Shown: positions 1-10,739 of the stretch, piece by piece
Layout: each line of letters starts with the position of its first letter
Numbering within the stretch: the first letter of the stretch is position 1
Origin: a bacterium
GTDB taxonomy: Bacteria > Electryoneota > JAOADG01
Length of the DNA: 64,000 nucleotides
Assembly: GCA_963681965.1 (NCBI GenBank)
Contig: OY820579.1
Coordinates: forward strand, 2,656,001 to 2,720,000
Direction: 5' to 3'
Position numbers and translations under genes: made by a program
Notes under the pieces: model-generated
What the model saw: only the letters and a program-made list of their open reading frames with translations
Databases searched by the model: none
Told to the model about the DNA's origin: nothing

Positions 1-3000
1 AGGGGTCATTGAAACAGAGCTGATTCGGATTCGTCCATTCTGTGTACTTGGTCCGGTTACTAACCAATTGAATGAGTTTGTATTGGAAATATTGGACGCG
101 ATTGTGGTCCAATCGCCCCACGGATAGTGCCGATTCAATTCGATATTGATATTACCATTGATGTGAATTGAATTCCAATTGATTACTCTCGTGGAGTTGC
201 CATCCCAGCTATCCATACTACCCGGAGAATTGATGACGAAACGGGAAGGTTCATCCACGGTAATCGTAAAATTGGAAGGAGATTCATTGTTCGCATAAAG
301 TGCAAGACCGTAATCGTCATCGCTCAGTGGTGTAAAGACGAAAGAAGCAGTATTAGAAGACGTCAATTCCACTGCGGACACAGATTGACCACACCCGGCA
401 AAATACGGCGCATCATGCGATTGGAAGAGTTTTATTCCAAACGCAGCCGATCCACTGGTGCGTTCCACCGTGAAAGTATAGGGAATTCCGGCAATCAGAT
501 TGACATCCCACATTTTAACGACATCATCTGAAAGCCAGCTGCCGGATGCGGCACAGGGAGGAGCAAGTGGAGTAGAACTGCCAGCACACCATTCGATGGA
601 AAAACTGCCAGTGCCGCCGTACCGATTCATCCGGTTGTAATATTGACCGGTTGGTGTGTGGTTGTAATCTACTGCGATAAAATCGACTGGATTCGTTAAA
701 CCACTATTGGCAGCCTCATTTGTAAAATTGTTATCGGTCCATAAACTAAGATCGTAATCGACACCAGAAGTTGATCGGATTCCCGTTGCCGACCAGCGAG
801 GGGAAGATTGTGTGTAGGAATAAAATACAACATCTCCACCTTGGCGTGGAACGGAATGATCATCGATCAGCGAACCGATGGAAGGGAATGAAATACTAAA
901 ATTCGCGTCGCAGGTATCGCTTCGCATCGGAGTCATGTTTAGTGTTCTAATTCTTACTCGGGCTTGCCCGGTTTCGGGTCCGGTTGCCGTCCACCGATAA
1001 TAACCGCTATTCGCAATATTTTCCGCAATCGGTACCCAGAGATAATTGCTATTATAACTTCGTGCCAGTTCAATCGTGACATTCCCGACGACATCAGTCG
1101 AATTCCAAGTGATATCTACATCAGAAGAGTAGGGATAGTTGCCCCCAAAATTCGGAGAAGTTATCACGATGGTGGGTGTTGGTACATCGACAAACAGCGA
1201 ACATGCAGCCATATCGCTGGTATTTTTATAAACGACCAACCCATAATAATCGGATGCCGTGACTGTATAACTAAACGATTCAGCATCGCTATATCCATCC
1301 GAATGTGCGACTGATGCCTGTTTTCCGGCGTAGTAAGCGGCGCCATTGGACGCGAAAAGTGCGATACCCAAATCCCCTGATCCACTGACTCGATCACAGC
1401 GGAATGTATGGGTTCCCGGGTTCAAATATACGTCCCACACTCTGGCTATTCGCGAAGTCTCAAAAACAGAATAGCCTCGTGAACCCGATTGGAGCATTTC
1501 AGTACCACCTTCGTACTGAACGTTGAAGGTACCGTTTCCGCTATAGCGCGTTACTCGTGGATAAAATATTCCCGAACGGCTGTGGTTGTGATCGGAAACA
1601 ATGAAATCGGTTGAATCGATTGTACTACTCGATGCCAGTGTCGTGGTATAAGCCGAGTTATCGAATAACTGCAAATCGTAATCCGACCCGAGTGGCGAAT
1701 GAAGACCAACGACTGACCAATAATTTTGTGATTGATTAAAAGTGTAATAGCTCGTTGATGCATTGCCTCCCAATGCGTTTCCGGAAGTAAGATCGCTGAT
1801 CGATTGAGTGATGGTAAAATCATCATCCGAGATATCGGTCACTTGTTGATTACCGAATGAAATACCTATCCGAATACGCGCATGACCACTTGCTGGCTGA
1901 GTGACTAGCCAGTTATAGGTTCCTAAATTCGATCCGGTAATCCCGATATACTCCCACACACCCGATGGATAATTCCGGTCGATTTCAAAGGTGATGTTAC
2001 CCTGGATACCACCGGCATTCCACTCAATCGGAAAGGTAGAGCCGACCGACCAACTTTCACTACCGTTCGGAGAAAGTAGTCTCACTCCAGGTATGCTAAG
2101 GGTATAGGTACCACTACTATCATTGTCGCAGAGTATTGCCAAGCCATACCAGTCGCTGACAGTGGGGGTGTATTGAATTTGTTTCGAAGTGAAGTTATCC
2201 GGTTGATAACTGGCAACATTTCTGGCAATATTGGAATAATAAGAGGAATTTTGCGAAGCAAATAGATACATCCCAAGATCGATACCTCCCGTTTGGTCGA
2301 GTTGGATCGTATGGGTTGTTCCAGCCGTAAGGAATACATTCCAGATTTTAACCACATTATTGGCTGGCCAATTTCTTATCGATGAACTCATCCCTGGACG
2401 CAATGTATCGAGCGCTGCGTCCCCTTGTACACGATAGGAAGAGCTATATTCATCATTATCAGGATTAATCTTGTAATACACTGGAGACAATACTGCGTGA
2501 TGATAATCGGCAACAAGCATATCGGCTGGAAATCCTGAATAATTACCTGATGAAGTATCAATTCTTTCAGAATAAACCGAATCGCGGTATCCATACATAT
2601 AATGAAGTCTGCTACTCATTTCGACTCGGTATCCTACCGCAGTCCATCCAGCGGATAATGGTGTCAACTTGTAATAATTGGTGCCATATCCATTTTGAAT
2701 GATTTGGTTGTTGAGTTCAATCGGCGAGATGATGGAAAAGTTGGCATGCGAAGTATCGCCGATTTGCGGGGTCATGGCAACGCTGCGGAGCCGTATCCGG
2801 CAATTGTTCGAAAGCGCTCCAGTAACCGTCCAATTGTAAACGCCGCTGTTTGCTACTGAAGAAGCAATCTGCTCCCATGATCCATTGGGATAGGTGCGAT
2901 TGAGATCGATGCTGATATTGCCGGACATATTATTCGTACTCCAGCGAATCGGCGTAGTAATTCCCGAGAAACACCGTTCACCTCCATTCGGTGTCATTAG

Positions 3001-4491
3001 GGCAATAACATGTAAATCGGCAAAGGGATTGATCAATCCGCGACCCATCATGCCAATCTCTTCCGGATTGTATCGATCCAAATTGATCGCGGTTGACATA
3101 ATCAACGCTTCTAACTGATTGACTGTTAACGTCGGATTTCGCGATAAAATCAGGGCTGCAACCGAAGCCGCCATGGGGCTAGCCATCGAAGTACCATGAT
3201 ATTGTATATAATGAACGGCGTGATAGGCATTGACGACCATCGTCGACCAAATGTCTTGACCGAATGCGGAAAGATCGATCCATGTTCCATAGTTCGAGAA
3301 AGAGCTAAATTGATAATCGTTACGGATCGATGTAACTGCAATTACATTGGCAGCGGCGGCTGGATACAGCCGATTGCCAGAGTGATCATTGCCTGCAGCA
3401 GCAAAAACCAAACAATTGTTATTGCGGGCATATTGCAACACGGTCACATAAGCAGAAGAAGGGGTTGCGTACGATCCAATACTGAGATTGATGATGCGAG
3501 CACCACGATTGACCGCGTATTGAATTCCGGCAACGAAATCATCATCGGAACCAGTTCCTAGATGCTGTCCTAGGTGGATATATTCGCACCCGGCACGAAC
3601 ACCGATAGTTCGAATGTTAAAAGCGGGCGAGTTGACACCAATTCCATTGTCAGTTCGCGCGGCAAGAATTCCAGCAACATGCGTGCCATGACTTTCAAAA
3701 TCCATCGGATCATTGTCGCGCGGACCGTAGTCTTCACCGGGGGAGGGAGAACCTTCGAATTCGGCAGCACTATGACTGACAAAGTCATAACCGATCACGT
3801 CATCGACAAATCCATTGTTATCGTTATCGATTCCATTATTGTCTGCACTCGTGAGCCGACCGTCATGATTGATATCTTCGGCACTATTTACTCGAAAAGA
3901 GCCAACCAGATCCTCATGGTTGTAATCGACACCGGTGTCGATCGATACTGCAAGGATCGTGCTATCCCCTTTCCCAAAATCCCATGCCCGTCGTAGTCGC
4001 AGTGAATCGTAATAATCGGAGACCATTTGTACGTTCGCTTCGCGGAATAACTGCCAATCGTTGGGTGTGTATTGAAGTTGCCGAATCGGACAGGGTGCCG
4101 CTTCTTCGATACCGGGAATTCGTGCGAGTTCCTCGCACAATTTTTCAATTTGCTGCTCGGAATCGAAGAACTTCGGAAAGTGAATCAAGTAAAAGCGCTC
4201 CATTCTGAGCGCATGAAATTCCTTATTCTGTAACGAAATCGGATCAAAGGAAAAAACCGGATCGAGCTTTTCTACGTTGAGTTTAGCGAGCTTGAGATCG
4301 AGGGCTAATATACCACTGGGAAGAAGAATCGACCCGTCGGGAATTCGATGCATTTTACTACTAGCAGCAGGATCGAATGTTAGAAATATCGTTCCCGATA
4401 AATAATGTTCAAATGCCAATGTTACTGATGGAAGTAAAAACAGAAACACAATTCCCATAAATAGGTGTAGAAAGGAATGATGTCGGTTCAT
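1..4491 (-). CDS. Secreted S8 (subtilisin-family) serine peptidase with tandem ~305-310-aa C-terminal repeats; 3' end lies beyond the left edge of the window
   Basis: Absent from the ORF track, apparently because it has no stop in the window. Read by hand from ATG 4491: MNRHHSFLHLFMGIVFLFLLPSVTLA (signal peptide). Catalytic motifs SIDTGVDYNH (~3915-3945), SHGTHVAG (~3670-3693) and GTSMASP (~3176-3196). The N-terminus aligns with 5113..9882 (PVFSFDPISL). The start overlaps the stop of 4488..4895 (ATGA). Confidence 0.9.
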   Translation of the reverse strand, partial: MNRHHSFLHLFMGIVFLFLLPSVTLAFEHYLSGTIFLTFDPAASSKMHRIPDGSILLPSGILALDLKLAKLNVEKLDPVFSFDPISLQNKEFHALRMERFYLIHFPKFFDSEQQIEKLCEELARIPGIEEAAPCPIRQLQYTPNDWQLFREANVQMVSDYYDSLRLRRAWDFGKGDSTILAVSIDTGVDYNHEDLVGSFRVNSAEDINHDGRLTSADNNGIDNDNNGFVDDVIGYDFVSHSAAEFEGSPSPGEDYGPRDNDPMDFESHGTHVAGILAARTDNGIGVNSPAFNIRTIGVRAGCEYIHLGQHLGTGSDDDFVAGIQYAVNRGARIINLSIGSYATPSSAYVTVLQYARNNNCLVFAAAGNDHSGNRLYPAAAANVIAVTSIRNDYQFSSFSNYGTWIDLSAFGQDIWSTMVVNAYHAVHYIQYHGTSMASPMAASVAALILSRNPTLTVNQLEALIMSTAINLDRYNPEEIGMMGRGLINPFADLHVIALMTPNGGERCFSGITTPIRWSTNNMSGNISIDLNRTYPNGSWEQIASSVANSGVYNWTVTGALSNNCRIRLRSVAMTPQIGDTSHANFSIISPIELNNQIIQNGYGTNYYKLTPLSAGWTAVGYRVEMSSRLHYMYGYRDSVYSERIDTSSGNYSGFPADMLVADYHHAVLSPVYYKINPDNDEYSSSYRVQGDAALDTLRPGMSSSIRNWPANNVVKIWNVFLTAGTTHTIQLDQTGGIDLGMYLFASQNSSYYSNIARNVASYQPDNFTSKQIQYTPTVSDWYGLAILCDNDSSGTYTLSIPGVRLLSPNGSESWSVGSTFPIEWNAGGIQGNITFEIDRNYPSGVWEYIGITGSNLGTYNWLVTQPASGHARIRIGISFGNQQVTDISDDDFTITQSISDLTSGNALGGNASTSYYTFNQSQNYWSVVGLHSPLGSDYDLQLFDNSAYTTTLASSSTIDSTDFIVSDHNHSRSGIFYPRVTRYSGNGTFNVQYEGGTEMLQSGSRGYSVFETSRIARVWDVYLNPGTHTFRCDRVSGSGDLGIALFASNGAAYYAGKQASVAHSDGYSDAESFSYTVTASDYYGLVVYKNTSDMAACSLFVDVPTPTIVITSPNFGGNYPYSSDVDITWNSTDVVGNVTIELARSYNSNYLWVPIAENIANSGYYRWTATGPETGQARVRIRTLNMTPMRSDTCDANFSISFPSIGSLIDDHSVPRQGGDVVFYSYTQSSPRWSATGIRSTSGVDYDLSLWTDNNFTNEAANSGLTNPVDFIAVDYNHTPTGQYYNRMNRYGGTGSFSIEWCAGSSTPLAPPCAASGSWLSDDVVKMWDVNLIAGIPYTFTVERTSGSAAFGIKLFQSHDAPYFAGCGQSVSAVELTSSNTASFVFTPLSDDDYGLALYANNESPSNFTITVDEPSRFVINSPGSMDSWDGNSTRVINWNSIHINGNINIELNRHYPWGDWTTIASNISNTNSFNWLVTGPSTQNGRIRISSVSMTP

Positions 4492-4895
4492 TTGACAACT
4501 CCTTTCTGCGCGGGAACAGTATTTTTAAATTTGAGTATTGTCGGTTTGGTGGTAGTGGGGAGGTAGCCACTGGTATCGGATCCGATCGGTAGAGGTTTGA
4601 GCTTTATTGGTATTACACCTACAACTCGAATCGATTGGATTAGAGGAGAGATTTTTGGGAGTGAAGCGAGCTTCCATCTTTCGGTTTCAGATAACAGTGC
4701 GGGTAATGAAGTATTACAAGAATCGGTAACGATCGGATAATCCGGTTTCAGATTCACAGAATCCGATCGCTCAAGCTTCAAATTAACCGATGTGTTTGTC
4801 GGAAAGGGTGACGATGCAAATGCAAAATGGAAAGAAAGTGTGAATAAAAGTGCAAGTGCAAATGCAAACAATCGCAAACGAAAACAAGGCTTCAT
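4488..4895 (-). CDS. Small secreted Pro/Ser-rich hypothetical protein, probably translationally coupled to the downstream subtilase
   Basis: 135-aa ORF with AGGAGG RBS, signal-peptide-like N-terminus (MKPCFRLRLFAFALALLFTLSFHFAFA) and ATGA overlap with the next gene. Confidence 0.7.
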   Translation of the reverse strand: MKPCFRLRLFAFALALLFTLSFHFAFASSPFPTNTSVNLKLERSDSVNLKPDYPIVTDSCNTSLPALLSETERWKLASLPKISPLIQSIRVVGVIPIKLKPLPIGSDTSGYLPTTTKPTILKFKNTVPAQKGVVK

Positions 4896-5112
4896 TCTTT
4901 CCTCCTAGCCAAGTAACTATAATAATTGAGCTAGTATTAATTGAATTAAATAATTGTTAAAATAAGATAATAGCGTTCACAGTCACTTCAAGTACCATGA
5001 GTTCATCACAAGTGCATTCGCGAAATACTAACTCGAACCTTCACTCACTTTTCGGTCAAAAATCGTCGGTGAGAACCCATCGAGGCAGTACAGTGCCATG
5101 ATCTACTACTAC

Positions 5113-8100
5113 TCAATTCACTGCAGTAACCCGGTAATAATACACCCTACCAGTAGGCTCTTCGATATACTGTTGCGTTCCAGCAGGTACGGAATAAATC
5201 AGTGTTCCACCGACCGGAGGAGTGAAGTATGGTGTTGATGAACGGTAAACATGATATCCTGCAGTCGCACCCGAAACCGCATTCCACTCTAGAATTCTAA
5301 ACGTACCACTAGTTCTGATTTGTAATTGCTGTGGTGCTGCCGGAGGCGCTACTACCGGTCCAGTTACGTGTAATGAATTAACGAAGAGAATCGATCCATG
5401 ACCATTGATTCCGATTAATCCAATTCGAGCATACGTCGAAAGCACTTCATTCGGAATCGGTAACGTCAGAGTTCGAGCCGAAGATTCAATACCAGGAACC
5501 ATCGCGGAACCATCCCCGCTGTTGAGCGAGTTATCCAATGTACCCGCACTCGACCATAACGTCTGCAATGGGTATAGATATCCATCCTGATTCATTGTGA
5601 CAATCTGTAGTGTATCGACGTAAGGTTGGTAGGGAGCATAAGTCCATGTAAATGAAACCGTACCCCCTTGCTCTATACTCGGCATCGTTAGAAATGGTGT
5701 CCAAAGAATATCTTTCTCGCCAAGAAATCCGTTGTGATACCAATCGAGTCGCGCGACTCCGTCTCCGGCATAACCACCGGAAATCCGATCCCAAGTGATC
5801 TCATTTCCCTGATTATCGAGAAACCATTCCGATGGTGGAAAAGTCGCCTGTTCAAACGATTCAGTCAGTGGTAATGCTACCGGTATGTATGTCGTAATCC
5901 AACAATCGGGTGACGGATCGGACCGAAGGTAGTCGCCATTGTAAGCGTAGCAGGCAAACTGGTAAGTAATTCCAGGCGTCAATCCCACTACTTTAATCGT
6001 ATCCCACAGATTGTAGGGTAACCGGATTTCCGATGTATCCAACACTCCGAATGGTGGTTGAATCCATAATCCGGTGCTCAGTTCCCGAAATGAAAGGAAG
6101 GTCGATGGAGGAGCGGTAGTCCCGATTACCGGTACTATCCGCAAGGTTGAACACCCTACGGCAGTTACTAACGGAAACAGAGGCGCTTCGGCTAGTGTCC
6201 AGCCATTCGCTGAAGCATACCCGACCGACCGGACATCGGAGACCAGACTGTACACCCGGTAATAGATATAGGTACTTGAGGGTAAATTTTGAATGGAAGC
6301 AGAAGTGACATTTTCCGAAACAGTATCATGAGGCGAGAAATTATAACCATCGAAGGAAATGTCAATGACAAAACCGCTTTCTTCGTCCGACTGATCCACC
6401 CAACTGATGCAAGTTGAGCTTGTGGTAGTTCCGATAAGTGTCGCATTGGCAGGACTGCCCGTGGGGAGGATCTGACTGATATAAACACTATCGATGTAAA
6501 TATTTGAACCGCCGTGATTGATGCCGATGAATCCAATTCGGACGTAATCTTGCTCTAGCGCTTGAGCCGGGATAAAAACTCTTGCATGTCCCCACGTTCC
6601 AGTCTCACCCGGAACGCTGCGCATCCCGCCACTGCCTGCTGCCAAAGATAGTCCGCTGTAGCCATTGGCATCGGCAATCCACATCTGATCCTGCGTGCCT
6701 TGTCGATCGGTTACTACGATCAGCGAATCATTCGTCGATGATTCATTGAAAGTATAACTCCAAATGAACCGTAGATAATAACCTCCAACCGGGCGGAAAT
6801 CGAAATGGGGTGTCCAGAAAATGGCGTGCTCGCCGTTTGGAATCGATGAACTAATTGGCAATTCTGCCACTCCGTCATTGGCATTATAATCGGCAAAGCG
6901 CTGCCAGAGGACACCACCTTCCGGATTGGCGCGTTGCCAGGAATAAGGCAGCGCATAAGGTCCGGGGAAGGTTTCCATATAAGGGGGTGAATAGCTGGTT
7001 TCAGTTCTTCTGGTAACTCGCGGTGAATATTCGGTTACAGATCCACTTCGGTCGCGAGCAACGGAAAAGATTTGATAAGGTGTATTGGGCACCAAATTCT
7101 CGATAAAGATCTGATTCCAACCAGTCAATCTCTGCCACACCGGTTCGGTTCCGAACGTTCCATCGGCTTGAATCCAGTTAACGAAGTTATCATCGCAGCG
7201 AATCGCATACTCGGTTTCGACGTTGTTGGGAGTGGTGGCATTGTTTTCCGGATTGATTGTCATCCGGTACTGCGAAACTTCGTATACTGTAGGTACGAAA
7301 GGGATCACGGCAGGAAGATTTAAATCGGTTTCGGCGAAGGTTTGCGAGTAAGAAATACCATTCCAGGCATAGACCCTGAACCAGTAGCGTGTATTCGGTG
7401 TCAGGTTTGTTGCGGTATAGGCAAGCACGTTTGCATTCACTGAATCCAAGGGTTCAAATTGTGTGCCATCTACCGATTTGAAGAGTGTAAAGTGTTGTTC
7501 GGTGAATGAATGATCGATCCAAGTAAATTGTAACGAGGCTGCACTTAGTTGTGTTGCAGAAAGATTCGTTGGTCCTGATAAATCGACTCCGGGAAGGATT
7601 GTAAAATTATCTACAAAAATCCCCGGATCTGTCCCATATCCCATGGCAGATCCACGATTGATACGTAGTCCGAAATAAATCGTAGGTCTATTCAGGATTT
7701 CATTGGGGAGTGAGATCTGCATTGTGTTCCACATTCCCGGGAAGGGGTGATAGGGAGGGGCATTTTCAAAACTGATTAAAGCGTGTTCGCCAGTTCCGCG
7801 CGTCCATTTTTTGTTAAGAGTATACTTCGTATCTGTAGGCGAGTAACAATAGAACACTTCTAAAGTATCGGGAAGACTGGTTTCATATGATTCCGGAGCG
7901 CAGCTCCAATCATAGTTTAACGTTGCTGAAGCCAGACTGAGTGTATTCAGTGGCGGTGTAATCAATGACGATTCATCACCGGGTGACCTGACAGTCAAGC
8001 AGCCGTCACCACTGTACTCGCCAGTATACCGAGTCCAGTACATATAGTTAGTATTCACTGGTTGTGATGTCCAGGATGTTGGCGGAAACGTAGTACTGGC

Positions 8101-9882
8101 AAATGTTTCCCGGAACGGGAGACCGGTGTTATTGTATATCGTGATGTTCGAAGTGGACATATCGAACGATGCCGGGTTATTTTGATCATAAACTCTGAAT
8201 CGCAATGTTGTGGTTGGTGCGATGTTAGTTGCCCAGATATAGTCGAAGATCGATACAATCGGTCCGGCTACCGGTTCCCAAGCTCCGGAAGGGTAGTTTT
8301 GATTCATTTCAATCATGATGTTCGAGACTTCTTCGCGAGCGTTCCAGGTTATGCGAAGCGAAGACGCTGACAAGATCCGCTCACCACCCCGCGGTGAATT
8401 TAACGTTACCGGATAGGCATTGCGAACTAAACTGTAAGCATCGACCATCTTTCCCATCCAAGCAGCATTATTAGGATCGAAGGCAATGATGTCGCTATTG
8501 TAACGCTGGAAGAGTGTTAACAAAGAATCGTCGGAGATCGATGGGCGACTACTAAGAATCAACGCTGCAACCGATGCTGCATTAGGGGATGCCATCGAAG
8601 TGCCGCTCTTGATCTCGTACCCTCCAGTTCGGGAGGTTGACAGTATACTCGAACCGGGCGCACAAAAATCGATCCAACCGCCGTAATTCGAGAACGAAGA
8701 TTTTACATTCCCCGGAGCCAAAGATGCGACTGCTTGTGATTCATCAAAGGCAGCGGGATATGCCATCGTGGAACTGTTGTCATTTCCCGCCGAGAAAAAA
8801 CAAAGACAATTATTCGCACGGGCGTATTGAATCGCGGTATGTTCCGCGGTATTCGGAATACCGCCACCGTAACTACCACTAATGATCCGGGCACCACGAT
8901 TCACAGCATATTGGATCGCGACCGGAGTATCCTCTCCAAACATCAATCCTGCCACTCCATCGGGTTTGGTTACGGATCCACCGGCTCTGATACAGATTGT
9001 AGAAACATTGTAGCTGGCTGCCGGCACTCCGATCGTATTTTTGGTCGCGGCTGCCATGGTTCCACAGACATGGGTTCCATGCCCATTGAAGTCGGACGGA
9101 GTAGGATCGCGAGGTCCATATTCCTCGCCGGGAGTGGCAGTCCACGAACCCGAAGGAACATAACTGGTAAAGTCGTAGCCAATCACGTCGTCGATAAATC
9201 CATTATGGTCATCGTCAATTCCATTCAGGTCAGCAGAAGTGAATCGACCGTCATGATTAATGTCTTCAGTCGTATTCACCCTGATATTTGGAATCAAATC
9301 GGGATGATCGTAGTTCACTCCGGTATCGATTGACGCAATCAGAATCGATGAGGAACCCCGAACCATTTCCCATGCTTCGCGACACCGCATGCCATCCAGA
9401 CCCCACATTCCAGAAGTACCCGCCGCAACCGACCAATCATTGGGAGTGGCATGCAATTCACGGTGATTGACCGGTTCCGCCAGTGCAATTACCGAGAGTG
9501 TTTTTGCGCCATTGACGACATCGTCGACCGTTTCATTGCCGAACGGTTTGTCAGGATCTACTTTTCCTTGCACCAGATAGAATCGATCCATTCCGAGTTC
9601 GAAAAAGGTTGGGTTCTTCAGCGAAATTGGATCGAAAGAAAAAACCGGAACCAGTTGCATGCAGTGATAACTCGACAACCACTGGTCGAGTTCTTTATCG
9701 CCAGTAGGAACCGTAAATGAGCCATCAGCTTCACGGTGGACTTGACCAGAAAATTGAGGAGTGATCTGCACGAAGATCATACTCTGATCAACCAGATCTG
9801 CTGTTGAGATTGAAGCAAGACAAACAATCGGTAATAGTAGTAGGCAAAATACAAGTGGGAGTTTTGATAAGTAACTGGTCAT
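5113..9882 (-). CDS. Secreted S8 serine peptidase with an Ig-like domain, three MAM/cleaved-adhesin-like domains, FN3 domains and a terminal FN3-like 'YYYRVTAVN' domain
   Basis: 1589 aa; signal peptide; IDTGVNYDH, GHGTHVCG and SGTSMASP triad motifs; repeated 'P(F/Y/L)xE(T/S)F....P..W' domain starts; FN3-like 'W.D.S..E..F' segments. Confidence 0.93.
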   Translation of the reverse strand: MTSYLSKLPLVFCLLLLPIVCLASISTADLVDQSMIFVQITPQFSGQVHREADGSFTVPTGDKELDQWLSSYHCMQLVPVFSFDPISLKNPTFFELGMDRFYLVQGKVDPDKPFGNETVDDVVNGAKTLSVIALAEPVNHRELHATPNDWSVAAGTSGMWGLDGMRCREAWEMVRGSSSILIASIDTGVNYDHPDLIPNIRVNTTEDINHDGRFTSADLNGIDDDHNGFIDDVIGYDFTSYVPSGSWTATPGEEYGPRDPTPSDFNGHGTHVCGTMAAATKNTIGVPAASYNVSTICIRAGGSVTKPDGVAGLMFGEDTPVAIQYAVNRGARIISGSYGGGIPNTAEHTAIQYARANNCLCFFSAGNDNSSTMAYPAAFDESQAVASLAPGNVKSSFSNYGGWIDFCAPGSSILSTSRTGGYEIKSGTSMASPNAASVAALILSSRPSISDDSLLTLFQRYNSDIIAFDPNNAAWMGKMVDAYSLVRNAYPVTLNSPRGGERILSASSLRITWNAREEVSNIMIEMNQNYPSGAWEPVAGPIVSIFDYIWATNIAPTTTLRFRVYDQNNPASFDMSTSNITIYNNTGLPFRETFASTTFPPTSWTSQPVNTNYMYWTRYTGEYSGDGCLTVRSPGDESSLITPPLNTLSLASATLNYDWSCAPESYETSLPDTLEVFYCYSPTDTKYTLNKKWTRGTGEHALISFENAPPYHPFPGMWNTMQISLPNEILNRPTIYFGLRINRGSAMGYGTDPGIFVDNFTILPGVDLSGPTNLSATQLSAASLQFTWIDHSFTEQHFTLFKSVDGTQFEPLDSVNANVLAYTATNLTPNTRYWFRVYAWNGISYSQTFAETDLNLPAVIPFVPTVYEVSQYRMTINPENNATTPNNVETEYAIRCDDNFVNWIQADGTFGTEPVWQRLTGWNQIFIENLVPNTPYQIFSVARDRSGSVTEYSPRVTRRTETSYSPPYMETFPGPYALPYSWQRANPEGGVLWQRFADYNANDGVAELPISSSIPNGEHAIFWTPHFDFRPVGGYYLRFIWSYTFNESSTNDSLIVVTDRQGTQDQMWIADANGYSGLSLAAGSGGMRSVPGETGTWGHARVFIPAQALEQDYVRIGFIGINHGGSNIYIDSVYISQILPTGSPANATLIGTTTSSTCISWVDQSDEESGFVIDISFDGYNFSPHDTVSENVTSASIQNLPSSTYIYYRVYSLVSDVRSVGYASANGWTLAEAPLFPLVTAVGCSTLRIVPVIGTTAPPSTFLSFRELSTGLWIQPPFGVLDTSEIRLPYNLWDTIKVVGLTPGITYQFACYAYNGDYLRSDPSPDCWITTYIPVALPLTESFEQATFPPSEWFLDNQGNEITWDRISGGYAGDGVARLDWYHNGFLGEKDILWTPFLTMPSIEQGGTVSFTWTYAPYQPYVDTLQIVTMNQDGYLYPLQTLWSSAGTLDNSLNSGDGSAMVPGIESSARTLTLPIPNEVLSTYARIGLIGINGHGSILFVNSLHVTGPVVAPPAAPQQLQIRTSGTFRILEWNAVSGATAGYHVYRSSTPYFTPPVGGTLIYSVPAGTQQYIEEPTGRVYYYRVTAVN

Positions 9883-10739
9883 GATTTTCCCTCGATGAAT
9901 TCTTCACAAGGATACATTGTGCCTGTTAGGAAACGATAAACCTTAATTGTGCGTGATGGTTCGATACGAGAAGACTTATTCGACAAGTTGTTCAGGGAAA
10001 TCCAACTCTTGTACGGGCGTGTTCAGGAGCAACTCAAACGGAAAGATAGTGAAAGTAGGGGTACTTGTGAAGTCAAAAGGAAGAAAATAAAAGATTTCTG
10101 GTGATATGGATCAATTCATCATGAAGTGTAGTTAACAACAGAAATATTCTCTATTCATGAGAATATTCTTTAAAACGATCCGGAAATTGTCTTCATGATA
10201 ATATTACTCAACTGGATCAAACTCGCAATAAATCGACTTTCAACTGGAAAATACCTTATAGCTCAGTATTCATTTTCACTGCACAACTACTAGTAACCAT
10301 CCTCTGCTAAGCCATGCGAATACTTTATTGTGTAGTAACTGAGCTTTCTGTTCTTCACAGCAATGGAATATTACAATTGACGACTATTTCACTTCCCAAT
10401 CAAAGTGTGATGGTTTAGAGAACTAGAATAATCTGCTCATGAATTGGTAGGAATTTTTGTTTCTCTTCATCCTCCTAAGATTCCGGTTTTTGGAGAGTGT
10501 GTTTCTTTAACATCCCGACTGCTTCTAAGAGAAAAATGACTTTCGGTGTGTGTTTGGCTTGGACTCACTGTTTTGAAACAGTTACATTCTTTTCCGTAGA
10601 ACCGTCCGAGTTATTGGGTGGAGAACGAGTTATACACCTGAATTCGGGACTTACTGTAATAAAATTAATTCATTGGGATACTTGGAAATCACGGAAGCGT
10701 GACCGACAAAATTATGAGAATTGGGGATAGACGAAAAAT

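Noticed and set aside
964-4208. Many 60-140-aa ORFs on both strands in the ORF track here, and similar ones inside other long genes
   Set aside because: They are antisense or off-frame shadows of long genes with clear motifs; here the real gene is the unlisted S8 frame starting at 4491.
10497-10730. 77-aa ORF upstream of the PAS kinase
   Set aside because: GTG start and no recognisable motif; cannot be supported as a gene.
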